From Macrostomum lignano (lineage: Eukaryota), in assembly GCA_002269645.1 (NCBI GenBank), contig NIVC01000023.1, positions 992,001 to 1,056,000 on the forward strand: DNA of 64,000 nt, read 5' to 3'. The position numbers and the translations under genes are program-made. This document shows, piece by piece, positions 29,101-48,400 of the stretch (position 1 is the stretch's first letter; each line of letters starts with the position of its first letter). A model generated the notes under the pieces. That model was not told the origin of the DNA and did no database searches. It worked only from the letters and a program-made list of their open reading frames with translations.

Positions 29101-31172
29101 TATTCCCGGCAAAAGTGCACTGCGGCTGTTTATGTCCGCTCGAATTTGTTGGTAAATACTGCGAAATCTCGGCTATTCTGCATGTTAATAGTGTGAAACT
29201 GACATTTGTGTCGGCGGCCTGGTTCAGATCGGGGCCCCTGGTTGTCTTGCCACCGATCGCTAAAGCTCAGGTAAGTTTTGTGGCGCCAGTGTAAACAGTG
29301 TGGCGCCAGTATAAACAGTGTGGCGCTAGTATAAACAGTGTGGCGCTAGTATCAACAGTGTGGCGCCAGTATAAACAGTGTGGCGCCAATATAAACAGTG
29401 TGGCGCTATTATAAACAGTGTGGCGCCAGTATAAACAGTGTGGAGCCAGTATAAACAGTGTGGCGCTAGTATAAACAGTGTGGCGCCAGTATGAACAGTG
29501 TGGCGCCAGTATAAACAGTGTGGCGCCAGTGTAAACAGTGTGGCGCCAGTATAAACAGTGTGGCGCCAGTGTAAACAGTGTGGCGCCAGTACAAACAGTG
29601 TGGCGCCAGTATAAACAGTGTGGAGCCAGTATAAACAGTGTGGCGCTAGTATAAACAGTGTGGCGCCAGTATGAACAGTGTGGCGCCAGTATAAACAGTG
29701 TGGCGCCAGTGTAAACAGTGTGGCGCCAGTATAAACAGTGTGGCGCCAGTGTAAACAGTGTGGCGCCAGTACAAACAGTGTGGCGCCAGTATAAACAGTG
29801 TGGCGCCAGTGTAAACAGTTTGGCGCCAGTATAAACAGTGTGGCGCCAGTATAAACAGTGTGGCGCTAGTATAAACAGTGTGGCGCTAGTATAAACAGTG
29901 TGGAGCCAGTATAAACAGTGTGGCGCCAGTATAAACAGTGTGGCGCTATTATAAACAGTGTGGCGCTAGTATAAACAGTGTGGCGCCAGTATACCTAAGT
30001 GAAACATAATATTTTTTGGAACTGACTACTTACATGCATCCAGAACTGAAAGCCTGTAAGCCCATATCATTTTCAACCTACAGTTCCACATGGAGATTTG
30101 GAATCTAAAGTTCCGCTCAGCGGTTGCCGAAGCCGTTACAAAGTTCTGCCGAAACCATTACAATTATGAGTTGTGCTGCTCAGGCAGGAGCTACACGGTC
30201 GAGGTTGGTTCTGCATCTTATGTTGGCCCGGAAGACGTCAATTATTTGCAGGGCACCATCAACCAGGTTGCTGGCGGCGGTCTGCAGCTGCTGATCTACA
30301 TTGGCGTGCCGGCGGGTAGCAGCACCCTGTGCTCGGTGGGAAAATTAAAAGTACAGAAGCGTAAACTGCTGCTTGATCGAGGTGAGTGATTAGTGTTGCT
30401 CTGCTTTTTACTTGCTGAGGTAGTGAAACAGATACAGTGGCAACTGCTAAAGCCCTTGGTTCTAAAGCCTCCGGTGCTAAAGCCCCCGGTGCTAAAGCCC
30501 CCGGTGCTAAAGCCCCCGGTGCTAAAGCCCCCGGTGCTAAAGCCCCCGGTGCTAAAGCCCCCGGTGCTAAAGCCCCCGGTGCTAAAGCCCCCGGTACTAA
30601 AGCCCCCGGTACTAAAGCCCCCGGTGCTAAAGCCCCCGGTGCTAAAGCTCAGTTAAAGAAAAATGTGAGCTCCTGAATGCGCCCTAATGCCACGACTACT
30701 GGTGACTGAAATTTTGCATTCTCGTGGTTTCTTCACACGTTGCTAAATCGCCACTCACATTGCTTAGCTATTTAGCTGAACTGCCGAAAATACAATCAAT
30801 ATAAAATCCATAATATCCATAATTCGTAAACAATTTTCCACGCCAGCGCAACCAGCAAAGTTCGTCCGCTCTGCGGTTATCCGACTGGCTGTACAGCAGT
30901 ACAAGCGGGAAATAGACGAATCTTTGCCTCAAGGCGTTGCCATTGGAGCCATTGATTTCTTGGAATCTCGAGCAGATTTTGGCAAGGACTACGGATGGAT
31001 ATGGACGTCTTATGCCGCTAGATCTAGTCGCAATGACGTTGACAATTCTAACATTACAGACTGTATTGATAGGAAAAGTGATATTACTGAGAAGTCGTAC
31101 TCTTCCAGGCTAAAGTTTGCACCATTTATTAATTTTATTACAGCATTGCTGTCCGTATTGCTAACAAAATGA
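26127..31172 (+). CDS. CAP/SCP protein with two EGF-like domains and a putative GPI signal, paralog 2. Exons 26127-26291, 26635-26978, 27800-27936, 28334-28477, 29014-29270, 30084-30381, 30847-31172
   Basis: Signal peptide; THNRLRQAIFPTARAM; EWNQSIADFA...WYAEK...NYSNMM...IGCGFTDC...VVCGYS; GCSCSDCP...CFGGLC; CECLC...GKYCE; CLNSG...CGCLCP...GKYCE; hydrophobic C-terminus FINFITALLSVLLTK. Splice phases are consistent throughout. Confidence 0.85.
26345..26630 (+). repeat. Short-unit (9/16-bp) repeat, CAP2 intron 1
   Basis: TGAACTCGTGAAGTCT / TGAACTCT mosaics. Confidence 0.9.
27070..27702 (+). repeat. 20-bp minisatellite, CAP2 intron 2
   Basis: Unit AAATCACACTGGGTGTACAT, about 30 copies. Confidence 0.95.
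27988..28272 (+). repeat. 33-bp minisatellite, CAP2 intron 3
   Basis: Unit TTTCCCTTATCTACCTGGCACTCAGTTCTGTCC, about 8.5 copies. Confidence 0.95.
28632..28978 (+). repeat. 20-bp minisatellite, CAP2 intron 4
   Basis: Unit CTGTACACCCTGTGTGAGCA, about 17 copies. Confidence 0.95.
29280..29992 (+). repeat. 20-bp minisatellite, CAP2 intron 5
   Basis: Unit TGGCGCCAGTATAAACAGTG, about 35 copies, starting about 9 nt into the intron. Confidence 0.96.
30440..30650 (+). repeat. 15-bp repeat, CAP2 intron 6 (reads AKAPG in one frame)
   Basis: Unit GCTAAAGCCCCCGGT, about 13 copies. Confidence 0.95.
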
Positions 31173-31211
31173 TGCGACTCTGATGTCGAATTTTATTTCC
31201 TACTGAAACAG

Positions 31212-31217
31212 AATAAA
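31212..31217 (+). promoter_or_regulatory. Candidate polyadenylation signal of CAP2
   Basis: AATAAA about 40 nt after the stop codon. AT-rich context weakens the call. Confidence 0.35.
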
Positions 31218-31584
31218 CAGCGTACAATTTAATACACTTTCTATTGCTGCTTGTGTTAAAATGAGAAGAATTGTCAAATTTTACGGCTTTCCTAGAATTG
31301 ATGAAACTTACGAGCTGACTAATTTCTGACTGACTAATTCTCACTAATTTAAAGTCCTCCCCTAGGCCCTCCCCTAGGCCAATGATCGTGCACACAATCC
31401 CCAAATAATAAATTGCCCTAACTATATCAGTTCAGTAGGCCAGGAACTGTATTTCATAACAGCGTTTAGTCGCGTAGATGCACGCTCGTATATTTTGCCG
31501 AGAAATTTTTACTCAATTCTGCTTTGCACACATGCAAAAGTTTCTCACTACGTAGTAGAGCCGCCTACATAGTCTTCTGATGCA

Positions 31585-38071
<6,487 letters not shown>

Positions 38072-38255
38072 CGTGCTAGCGGGAAAAAAAATCGTTCCTT
38101 GATGGGTTACCTCGTATATATTTAATAAAATACCTAACCAGTCTGTGCCATAGATCTTATTTAAGAATACGAATATTTACGGATGAATTACCGAGCGATT
38201 TTACGTAATATTTAATAATATTATTATTAATATATAATAATATTTGAATATAACT

Positions 38256-38482
38256 GGCCTAGTGGGCAGATGTGCAACCGATAGCTCAGCCGCAGCCATT
38301 GCGCGCCGCATCTTAAGACTGCGTCTAAGGCCTCGGGGTCGCCATGCACACACTCTTAATTACCCTCCAGCCACAGCTGGATGAACTGAAGCAATGCAGA
38401 GTTAAGTGTCTTGCTCAAGGAAACAAATTTTTCCAAGTGAATCGTGATCGTCCGACGCTCTAACCACTAGGCTACAACCTCC
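38256..38482 (-). mobile_element. tRNA-derived SINE with a CORE-like domain (family B)
   Basis: Minus strand starts GGAGGTTGTAGCCTAGTGGTTAGAGCGTCGGAC (A-box head), then TCCTTGAGCAAGACACTTAAC (CORE-like). Second copy at 43456-43664. Confidence 0.75.
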
Positions 38483-39477
38483 AACTTGCAGTTAAAATAA
38501 TACTCACAGTAGTAGGTTTGTGGCATCGTATACCCTCCCGCTCAGTAGCTTTGAGAGACATAGACACTTTTTTTCATAATTAGTTAAGATAATAATGAGA
38601 CGTCCACATGCTTGGGGGGGGGCGCGGCTCACTCTGCCCCTCTTGGCTACGCCCCTGATTTTGAAAAAGAGTCCTATACATGTGCGTAACAGCAGCAGGT
38701 GTGCATTTATTTTATAAAGACCGCCTTGTCGTCACTGTCGAAACTGCACCAAACTGAGAACAGACATGTACACAACACCAGACTAATCCAGGCTAATTAA
38801 GTATTATAAGTGCCACTGGTATCGAATATCATTAGGCGCATTATTTCTATTAGCACTCTCGTGAAAAATTAAGGAAGAAAAGATCGTTGCTACTTTTTTT
38901 CAATTTAATTACAGCGATTTTAGCTGAACACAATGATACCCGCGTTCCTAGGAAACAGATTTGCAAATATTTGTTTGAAGCATTCAAAATAAAAAGATAT
39001 TTTAAAGCAAATAAAGATAATCAGTATTATTGACATGCATTTTCTGAAAGTTAAATGTGACTTTAAAATTTATTAAATGTCTTTAGCATTTCAAAAAACA
39101 CATATTTAATATCGTTAATATATTATGAGAACATAAATACGTTGCCAAAGACAATTATTACTTGCAGTGACGGTTTCATTATGCAATAACTTTGCGCTTA
39201 AATATTGTTAAGCCAGAAATTGTAAAATTTTCAAATTTGATAAACTAACTAAACTAATGATTGAAGGCAAAATTTATATAATAACAGTTATTGAATTTAA
39301 ATGGTTTTTGTTAAACTAAGCACATTATTATAACAAAAATAATTATAGTAATATAGATTGGCTCCATAAGACAAAACAAGAAGTCTGAGATTGTACAACT
39401 ATGCCAATGCATGGTAAATATACAAACCTATAGCTACTTTTATAAACATGCGGCTATATTTATCATCTAAAATTTTA

Positions 39478-42400
39478 TTATGGTGAATTTTTCGACTCTG
39501 AAGTAGTTGATGAGTCTCCGATGCCAGCTGCGTCTGCTTTTACAGTACTTATCAACAGTCTGTCGTTCCTTAACTTGCAATAGCCACAATAGCCTCCGCA
39601 GATTCCGTGAACTCTTTGATCATCCTGAAATTTACTCGATCGATTAGCAAAATGCATTGGATTTGTCTAAAAATTAGCTATGACGATGTCGTCTAAACCC
39701 GGAAAATGTACATCGATGGACTAGAGTAAAGTATTCAAAGTAAAATAGTAAATAAAAATATCAACCGAAAAAAGCTGCTTACCAAATAATTAACAGTCAC
39801 CGTGCTTGTATTTTCTCCCTGCCAGACATTTGCTTCGCTATCCAGCACGAAATCGGTGCCAGTCAGATCGATTGAAAAGCTGCCAACCGAGCAGCCGGAC
39901 AGGCGGCTGAAACAGTCACCGGCGCGACCGGCGGGCACGAAACTTTTCCAGGAAATTGCGAATGTGCCGTCCGTTGCTGCGACAAAGAATGGACTGAATT
40001 TCAGCTCGAATAGGTCAAGGATGATTAAGCTTCGAATAGGTCAAGAAGGATTAAGCTTCGAATAGGTCAATGAGGATTAAGCTTCGAATAGGTCAATGAG
40101 GATTAAGCTTCGAATAGGTCAAACAGCTAATAGATTAGGCTTTGAATACAGTAAAGAGATTACCATCAAGTGCCAGCCTGGGCGACAGTAGCAGCCGGTA
40201 TTTTTTAAACGCGGCCATTCCGCTGACGAAGGCGCCAGGTCGGTCTGGCGTTACCCGACACAGGGCGCCAGGCTGGGAGCAGGCGGCGCGACTGAAGCCT
40301 GCCACCGCTGCCGCCGGTGGACACGCCGATGGTGCCGGGTCGGTCAGGCCGATGTTGTGCATCACGGCGTAGTTCAATCCGGCTGAGCGGTCGAAGGCGG
40401 CGCTGGCTGCTGGCAGGCTGATGAATTCGCGTGGTTTTCGACTCTCCATGCCGAAGCAGTACACCTGCGCCGCGGCGAGAGGCATGGAGGGGACGCTTTC
40501 ATAAGACCTAAATTTCACAACGCCTAAAACCACCACACTTCACAACGGCTAAATTTCATATCGGCGAAAATGCAGCATCCTTCATATCGCCTAAATTTCA
40601 TATCGGCGAAAATGCAGCATCCTTCACATCGCCTAAATTTCACAACGCCTAAAATCTTTGCTTCTCTCCTTCACATTCAGTTTTAGGTGTTGTGAAATTA
40701 AGGCGATATGAAATTTAGGTCTTATGAAGCGCCCCCGCATGGAGAGGCGGAACCTGATTGATGGAGGTCTGCGCGGCCACCGTGGCGCAACGCCTTCGGC
40801 GACATCCTCCCACAACCAGTGCTGAGGGCGATTCTGCCCGTTCCGCAGACTCCTGAGCACACAAGCACGCCAATACTGCATACGCAGGCTCGCACTCACA
40901 CACACGCTCACACAGGGTGTACAGCGGCCCTGACTTTCTAATCGTCAGGCATGTACACTTTCTGAGCCTTTAGGGTTGGCCCTCATGGCTGTGAATCGCA
41001 CGACAACCCACCTAGGCAATTTTCGTGCACACGCAAGCCCCAAATGAATGAGTCCGTGTATGGAATAGAACCAGCTGGGCCGTGGCTCGAGGGGTCAGAC
41101 GCGCTGAGCTGCTCTGCCCACAAGCTGTGCTAAACACATTAGTCACTAACAAAATAAATGTATTTACTGAATTCTAAAGCTTTTTAGGAAATGTTTTGGA
41201 CCATTTTTCCACTTTGTCTTTTCTTACCAGCAAGCCGGTGGTGAAATCTCTACTTTGCGTCATTTATCTACATTGGTTTGATCTATTTGTCGGTAAAATT
41301 TCAAATGAAAAACCGAATATTTTACCCGAACATCCCGCCCGTCAATGCTCAGCCGGTATTGGCCGTCCAGTTTCACCCGAGTCGAGCTTTTCAGCTCCGC
41401 GCAGGTGCGAGCGCGGCACCGTCTTGGCGCGCAAGCGTCCCTGTCTGGCGGCATTTCGTCGCGTCTGCATCCAGCTTCGACGCTGCTCATTGCGTCAGGC
41501 CAGTGGCCCGGCTGTTGACGGCACCGAACCGATCTTTGACGCTCGCCCTCTCCACAGCCGCCGCTGCCGTAGCGACACTCGCCGTAGTCTCCGACCTCCC
41601 AGAAGGGAGAGCCGCCGACACTGCGACGGCTGTCCGTAGCGTCGCGACATTCGCCAAGGTTGCAGGCCATTCGCGACTCCGGCCGTAGTTTTTGGTCGCA
41701 GGCGGTGGCAGCGTCCACTGCGGGCCCGTCGCGCCAGCCCTCCGGGCTGATGCGCTGACAGCTGACTTGCCGGCTGATCCAGCCGCGACCGCAGCTGGTT
41801 GAGCAGCTGCTCCACGGATCCACCGTCCAGGCATGCGGACAGAAGGCAATGAAGCAACGTCGTCGTTCGCGCGGGCGTCGGCGACTTTGTCGACAGTCAC
41901 TCGGCGTATTGGCCTCTGTCGAGTTGCACGGCGTCAGGCGACGGATTTGGTGGCCGCGGCCGCAACTCGCCGAACAGGCGGACCAAGGACCGACGCGCCA
42001 GGCTGGGCGCAGATCGGACGATGTGATGACAAAGCCGCTGATTGTTCCGACGTGGCCTCCGACGTGTCGCTTCCTCGGTCTGCCGCAGGCAACTGTGTTG
42101 TTGTTTTTACCTAAAGTCAAATCTGCAATCGAAGCTCGACAACGACGTCGATTTCTCGGCCTGACTAATCGTTGCTGTTGAATGCAAAGTGCATCGGGCA
42201 GGACGGGTCCATCGGCTCCGAGACGGCACCCAACTGAGCGATGTCGGTGGCCGCGTCGGCCGCCGCTGCAGATTGCCGAGGCTGGCAGCTGACAGTTGGA
42301 CCACGGACCAATGCGCCAGCTGCAGCTGGGACCGTCCAGCTTGCAGGACTCCTTCACGACAGGCGGTTGAGTCTCTGAGCACAGAGTGGCGTTCGCAGCT

Positions 42401-45400
42401 AATGAACCGTTGCTCCATCGACAGTGCAGATCGCGAGTTCGAACACCGGTACTGCAGACGCCGACACACTGCAAATAATTTTAAATTGTTAAAAATGTTC
42501 TTTAGAGCTACTTTCTTATTAGTTTTATTCGAGAGTACAAAACAACCAGTTGCAGCACCGCAAAAATTTTTTTACACTTTGTATGAAGGCCTGCAGTGTC
42601 CTTCTTATCCTGCAGTGTCCTTATCCTGCAGTGTCCTTCTTATCCTGCAGTGTCCTTCTTATCCTGCAGTGTCCTTCTTATCCTGCAGTGTCCTTCTTAT
42701 CCTGCAGTGTCCTTCTTATCCTGCAGTGTCCTTCTTATCCTGCAGTGTCCTTCTTATCCTGCAGTGTCCTTCTTATCCTGCAGTGTCCTTCTTATCCTGC
42801 AGTGTCCTTCTTATCCTGCAGTGTCCTTCTTATCCTGCAGTGTCCTTCTTATCCTGCAGTGTCCTTCTTATCCTGCAGTGTCCTTCTTATCCTACAGTGT
42901 CCTTCTTATCCTGCAGTGTCCTTCTTATCCTGCAGTGTCTTTTTTATCCTGCATGAGTGTCCTTCTTATCCTGCAGTGTCCTTTTTATCCTTCGACAGCT
43001 TGGAAGAAAATCCCTAGCAGACGCTTTTGCAAAATCTAATGCTAATGCAATTAGAAACTGTACTAGCAATAAAAAACTTACACTCGACCATTCAGTAGGA
43101 ACCCATGTTGGACAGGGCAGCTGGGTGCACTCCATCAGATTAGCTGGTCTCTGCTCGTGAGAACAAGCGGCATCTGGCGCTGGCCGGCCGGACAAGCTCT
43201 GGCACGTGACTCTGCGTAATCGAACTCCCTGGTGCCTGCCGCAGCTCCGGGAGCACTGGGGTATAATGTCAGTTTTAGAGTTACCTTGGCTAATCTAGCT
43301 CTTAGTATCGAATATTTCTAATAAAGCGAGTCAGATCGTTTTACTCGTATGATCTGTGTGGATTCATTTTATATATGAATTAACGACTGACAATTTTGTG
43401 TAAAATATAAACTTTATTGTAGGTAATAAAAAGCATTAATAATAATTGATTACACCTGGCCTAAATGGGCAGATGCGCAACCGACAGATCAGCCGCAGCT
43501 ATTGCGCGGCGCATCTGAAGGCTGCGGACGTCTGTTCAGTCCAATGACTGGGGGGGGGGGTCGCCACACGCACCCTCAATTACCACAGCTAATTCTGGCA
43601 CCCATTCTACAGCTGGGTGAGCTGAAGCGCGAGTCCGACGCTCTAACCACTAGGCTACAGCCCCATACGAAAAAACTGGCGCCATGCATGTAAATTCACT
43701 TGACGACGCCTACCTCACTCCACTGACCGGCTACCCATTTTCCTGGACAGGGAGTCGGGCTGTTGCAAGGTCGCAACTCGATCGGTCTGGCGCTCTGGTC
43801 GCACCGACGCTCGTCAACGACGCTACCGTTTTGGTGGCAGCGCACCGAACGGAGTTGAATACCTTCGTCGCATTCTGCGAGGCACTACAAATCAGATTTA
43901 GGGGATTAAGTTTCTGAATTTTTGTTTATTCGGTGATAAACAGTCTCTGTGACAGGCATGCAAGCGTGCCTCATTAACTTGTAGTGAACGAAACACATTA
44001 AGCCAGCATTTCCCACTGCCCATCGAAGCAAAGCGTATATACGAGCTAGATATCGATTACTGGACAAAATGCCGAATGAAAAATTCATAGCGAGTATGAG
44101 TTTTAACGGGCTTAATACGGATTGATTCTCAACAAAAATCGTAACTGAACGAAAGTATTGTCTCAAAAGTTTCGAACATGCCCAGTACTGCTGGATGAGT
44201 CAGTATAGTTGTATCGAATAGCCGATTAAGCAGGCATAACCAATACATTCGCGCCGAACTCTGCCAAATAAGTAATCTCATTGTCATAAACCAGCACCGT
44301 TTTTACTTGTCTTATTGTTGTTAATAGCGGAGAAACCTAACCTCGCTCCAGCGACCTGCTCTCCAATGAGCACAACTGGTAGCTCTCTGGTTTGGCCGCT
44401 TCGGCACTGCATCTCTTGTTGAGCAGTAACTCTTTGGCGGCAGTACATAGGCTAAAGGTGTCACTCGCCAAACGCAGATCAACTGCCGAGGCTGGTTTCG
44501 CTCATGACGATCGCAGGAGACGCTGCACTGACAGAAAAGTGCAAGTGAATTCTATTCTTCAACTCGACAGAGGCTGGCTGCCGCGTTGTCTCTAATTTGT
44601 AAATACTCGCTCAAAAATGTGGTTACAATGAGAGGAATGAAGATAACAATGAGAAAAATTAACTCATGTTGCGCTTACTTCGCTCCACGGACGAATTACC
44701 CAATAGGGACAATTAATCTGCGTGTTGCACGGCTCTGCCGATTTGGGCTTTGGCGTCAGTCGCGAGCACTCGGTTTCATTGGCGGTCTCGTTGCTGCCAT
44801 CCAGAATGAGACAGTCAACGCGTCTGTGACGCATACCGTGGGGACCGCACGATTGTGAACACTGCGGGGTTTTGGGGTGAACGGTCGGGTGATTGTAGTT
44901 ACATTTAGCTATTTTGCTGAGTACGACCTTTGAAGAGTCAAATTTCGATGTTCTGAAATGTCTTTGAATTGCCTTGTTTCTCAACTACTAAGTTGCAAAC
45001 CATAAAAAAGATCTAACAAAATACTGCTCTCCCTGACTCTCGTGTATTGAATTGCCTTGCTCTCCTACCTTAGACCATTCCGTCACTCGCCAGTCAAAGC
45101 GTCTCGCAGGTGGTCTCGAATCTGGACAATCCGGCAAAGCTGGTAAGTCGACAAAACATGGTCTGACGGTGTCTGTTGGCGGGCCGATCCACTTCATGCA
45201 GTAGCTACTGTTTATTAGATGGTTGCTAGCGTTGGCGCACAGGTACAATCTGGCTTGGCTGCCTAAAGACCCGCAGGTGGTGGAGCAACGGCCCCACTTG
45301 GAGTACAGCCAGTGAACACATTGGTTTGAACAATCCTGAAGATACTCCGGCATGCTCGCCCGGGGACAGTTAAGCGAGTTGACCTAGGTAAATTCGAAGC

Positions 45401-48400
45401 ATCGAAATGAAGTGTAACTTTTTCATGTCAAGTTATAACCAAGGCCCACAAGAAGTTACCGTTGTACCATTGTTTCGTGGTTAAACTATTTCGTGTCATT
45501 GAATTTTTTAGAAACCTTAGAAGGGTAATTTTTGCAAGCGTTGTTAAATTACTCGAAGTAGCACGAAGCCATAGCAAGTTTTGAAAACTTATTTAACGGG
45601 TTTATTTAACGGGTTATAGCCTAAAAATGATACATGCACCTATTTTGGAGCTTCTGTGCCACAAAGCTAGTGCAGGTTTCTTTAAACACAATCGAATAGA
45701 ATGCTTTTTTGAAGGCAAGCATCGCTAGTATTCACGTAAACCAGCGGGCTTTTAAATAGCTTTGCAATATTCACGAGTGTTACGTCCTGATACAACGGAA
45801 ACTGCTAATGGTCCTTGGTTACAATAAAATCCTGTCTTTGTCGCAAAGGGATGAAGCGTACTTAAATCTAGAAGATTCAGATGTCTTTTGGTAAAGTTTA
45901 GTAAAAATTATAAGTTTCAAAGTGTTTTTTCGTACCTTTCTTGTTCCGATCATGCAGTTGACCTCTCTGAACCGGTGACCGTTCTGGCAAGGCATGTGAC
46001 ATTTGGACCAGGTGCCTGCAACCCAGCGTCCGAAACACCAGCCAGTACAGTTGCGCACAGTTTCCGGCATCTGGCCTGGGCATAATTCACTGGGTACCGG
46101 CTCAGACTTCCAGCGGCAGTAAACACTGCGCTGCTTAATTCCACTAGAGCAGTACGCGTCGCAAGAGGACCATTCGCTGATTTTCCATTTAGGACACTCG
46201 ACTGTAGTATTTTCGCACGCCTCAATTAGTTTACCTGGAATCGGTTCATCCTTGCACTCGCTATCCGGCCACCGCCTTCCACCAAACACTTGTAGTTCTT
46301 CACAAACTGCCAAGCGACTTCGTGTACCACCAGATCCGCAGGTTTTCGAGCACGCCGACCAAGACCTAAGACGCCAGGCTACAGGCCGACAGTCACCAAT
46401 GCAATCGCGCTGAAGAAGTCTTACGGATCGGTTGTCGCAGTAAGCGTCTTTGTACTTCACATCTTTAATTGGCTCATCAAGAACAACATCTGGTGTACCA
46501 TCGCTTTTACTTAGGACGCAATCAAAGCTATCAACTGCTGTTCCGTTGCCGCAGCGTGCACTGCAGTTTCCGGCTACACGTCGCCACTCCAACCGGCAGT
46601 GCGTATTGCACATCAGACTCGGCGGCAGTGGTGGGATGGGAATTGGCGGGTGGACTGACCGGCAAACAGCCATAGGAAGACGCCTAACAGCACTAAGCTT
46701 CATACCGCTAATGTCTTCGCAAATATGCTCAACTTTCTGACGTCCTTGGCAGAGGCGACTACAATTATCAACTGCAGCCACACGTATCCTCAAATTCGGA
46801 ACAAAAGCCCTACTCGTAACTTTTATCTTTTTGTGTAGATTGGATGTTGAAATTATTTCGCTGGTTATTTTGATTCGTACCGACAAATTGCTGGAAAGTC
46901 GTCCGATGCCACGTATGCGCCAGTCATTCTGCTTCTTGGATATCAAAATCCAAGCACCAGAAGCCATGTACTCTTCGTCGAAGCGATCAGCGAGCTCTTT
47001 CGAAGAAGTGATTTCAATAAAATTGTTGCTCTCTGGCTTCTTCTGATTGACAGTCTCTGCCAGATTAGTTTTCATATAATTGCCATTGGGGTACAGGGAG
47101 TCCACAGATTTTCCCTTGTCGGACGAATCCTTTGAAGACTTGATCAGCTCTTAAAAGTAAAGGTGAAAGTTATTGTTTATTAGCATGAGCACCTGAAATA
47201 CAGAGCTTGCATGGGGATGACGTCGAAGTCTTACCAACAGTACAGAATCGTCCGCCGCCGCCCTCTGTCATCAGTTCGATACTGCTGGAGCCTTGACTGA
47301 ATGTGTGCAAATAAGACGTTCCTAAAAACGTTTTTTTGGATTTGTAAAATTTGGTTTCTGGTATACACTGCAAAAATAAACTAAATCAACTAAGAGTTTC
47401 TACCTGGTTTAATGTCTATTTCAAACGACCTGCTCTGCAAATGGCAGGTTTCATTGCTACCGCCGCAGACGCCGCAGGCATCCCAACGACTGTTCGAGTT
47501 CAGAACTCCGTCGCAACCGGCGGGCTGACGTTAAAAGGGTTAGAGAAAATTTTTTTTTCATACATGAATCTAAGCAGGGGGCGTAGCTTAGTGGTCTAGC
47601 GCGGCGCTCTGATGTGCCAGCGGCCCAGGCTCGATTCCAAGTGCAGTCACATTAATTTGAGGCTAAATTGGAATCTCGGCTTCGCTCTGCTCGTGCAATT
47701 AACGCCCAGCTTGAGGGCCAACCCTCAAGGCACAGTGAAGTGTACATGCCTAGCGGTAAATAAAGTTAGGGTCGGTGTACACTTCTAGAAGTGTGAGTGT
47801 GTGCCTGTGCATATGACTGCGTACGTATCCGCGCGCTTATTGTGCCTGCTCAGGGGAGTCGGCGGAATGGTGAAAATGGTCGCCGGTTAAGTCGCTTTAA
47901 GCTCACACAGTCCTCTGCCTCTGCTAAAAAAAGTACTACAAAAGCATTAGCGCAAATCCTACTTGGCAAACTCCGCCAATGCAGACGCCATAATCGAACG
48001 GATGGCACGGCGAACCGTCGCGAACGCGATCAACGGTGAATATCCTGGCCAGTCTGGAGCTCCTGACCGAGTTGCCGGAGCGATCGGCTGGTTGCATCGA
48101 GCAAGTGACTGAGCGGCACAGTGAGTCCGACGATACTGCATCGTGTTGAATGGTTGGTTTTCTCACATTAATGGAATAAGCATGACACAGTCAGGTATTA
48201 GAGATCCGAGATTTAAACCCCACAGATAATAACTCACGTCTATGATGCAGAGCAACTGCTGTCAGTCGCTGTTCCCTTGCATCGCCGACTTCGGCAGCGA
48301 TTTCTACGCTTCGGGCTTGTTTGACTGCGAACTGGGCGCACTGGGCGTCTCTTGCTGTCACACCGGCGCCTAAAACCAGGACACGAGGCGCCTCAGCACT

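Noticed and set aside
26292-30083. Idea that tandem duplication created these introns (AGGT duplication model)
   Set aside because: Intron positions are shared among the CAP paralogs while the arrays differ, and the units do not reproduce the exon junctions. Only 34713-35138 remains a candidate.
31138-31421. Minus-strand hydrophobic ORF as the CAP3 terminal exon
   Set aside because: 31895-31585 has a better acceptor and clear homology to the CAP2 last exon.
47578-47650. tRNA gene
   Set aside because: A and B boxes are present but there is no convincing cloverleaf or acceptor stem, and it continues into a repeated SINE body.
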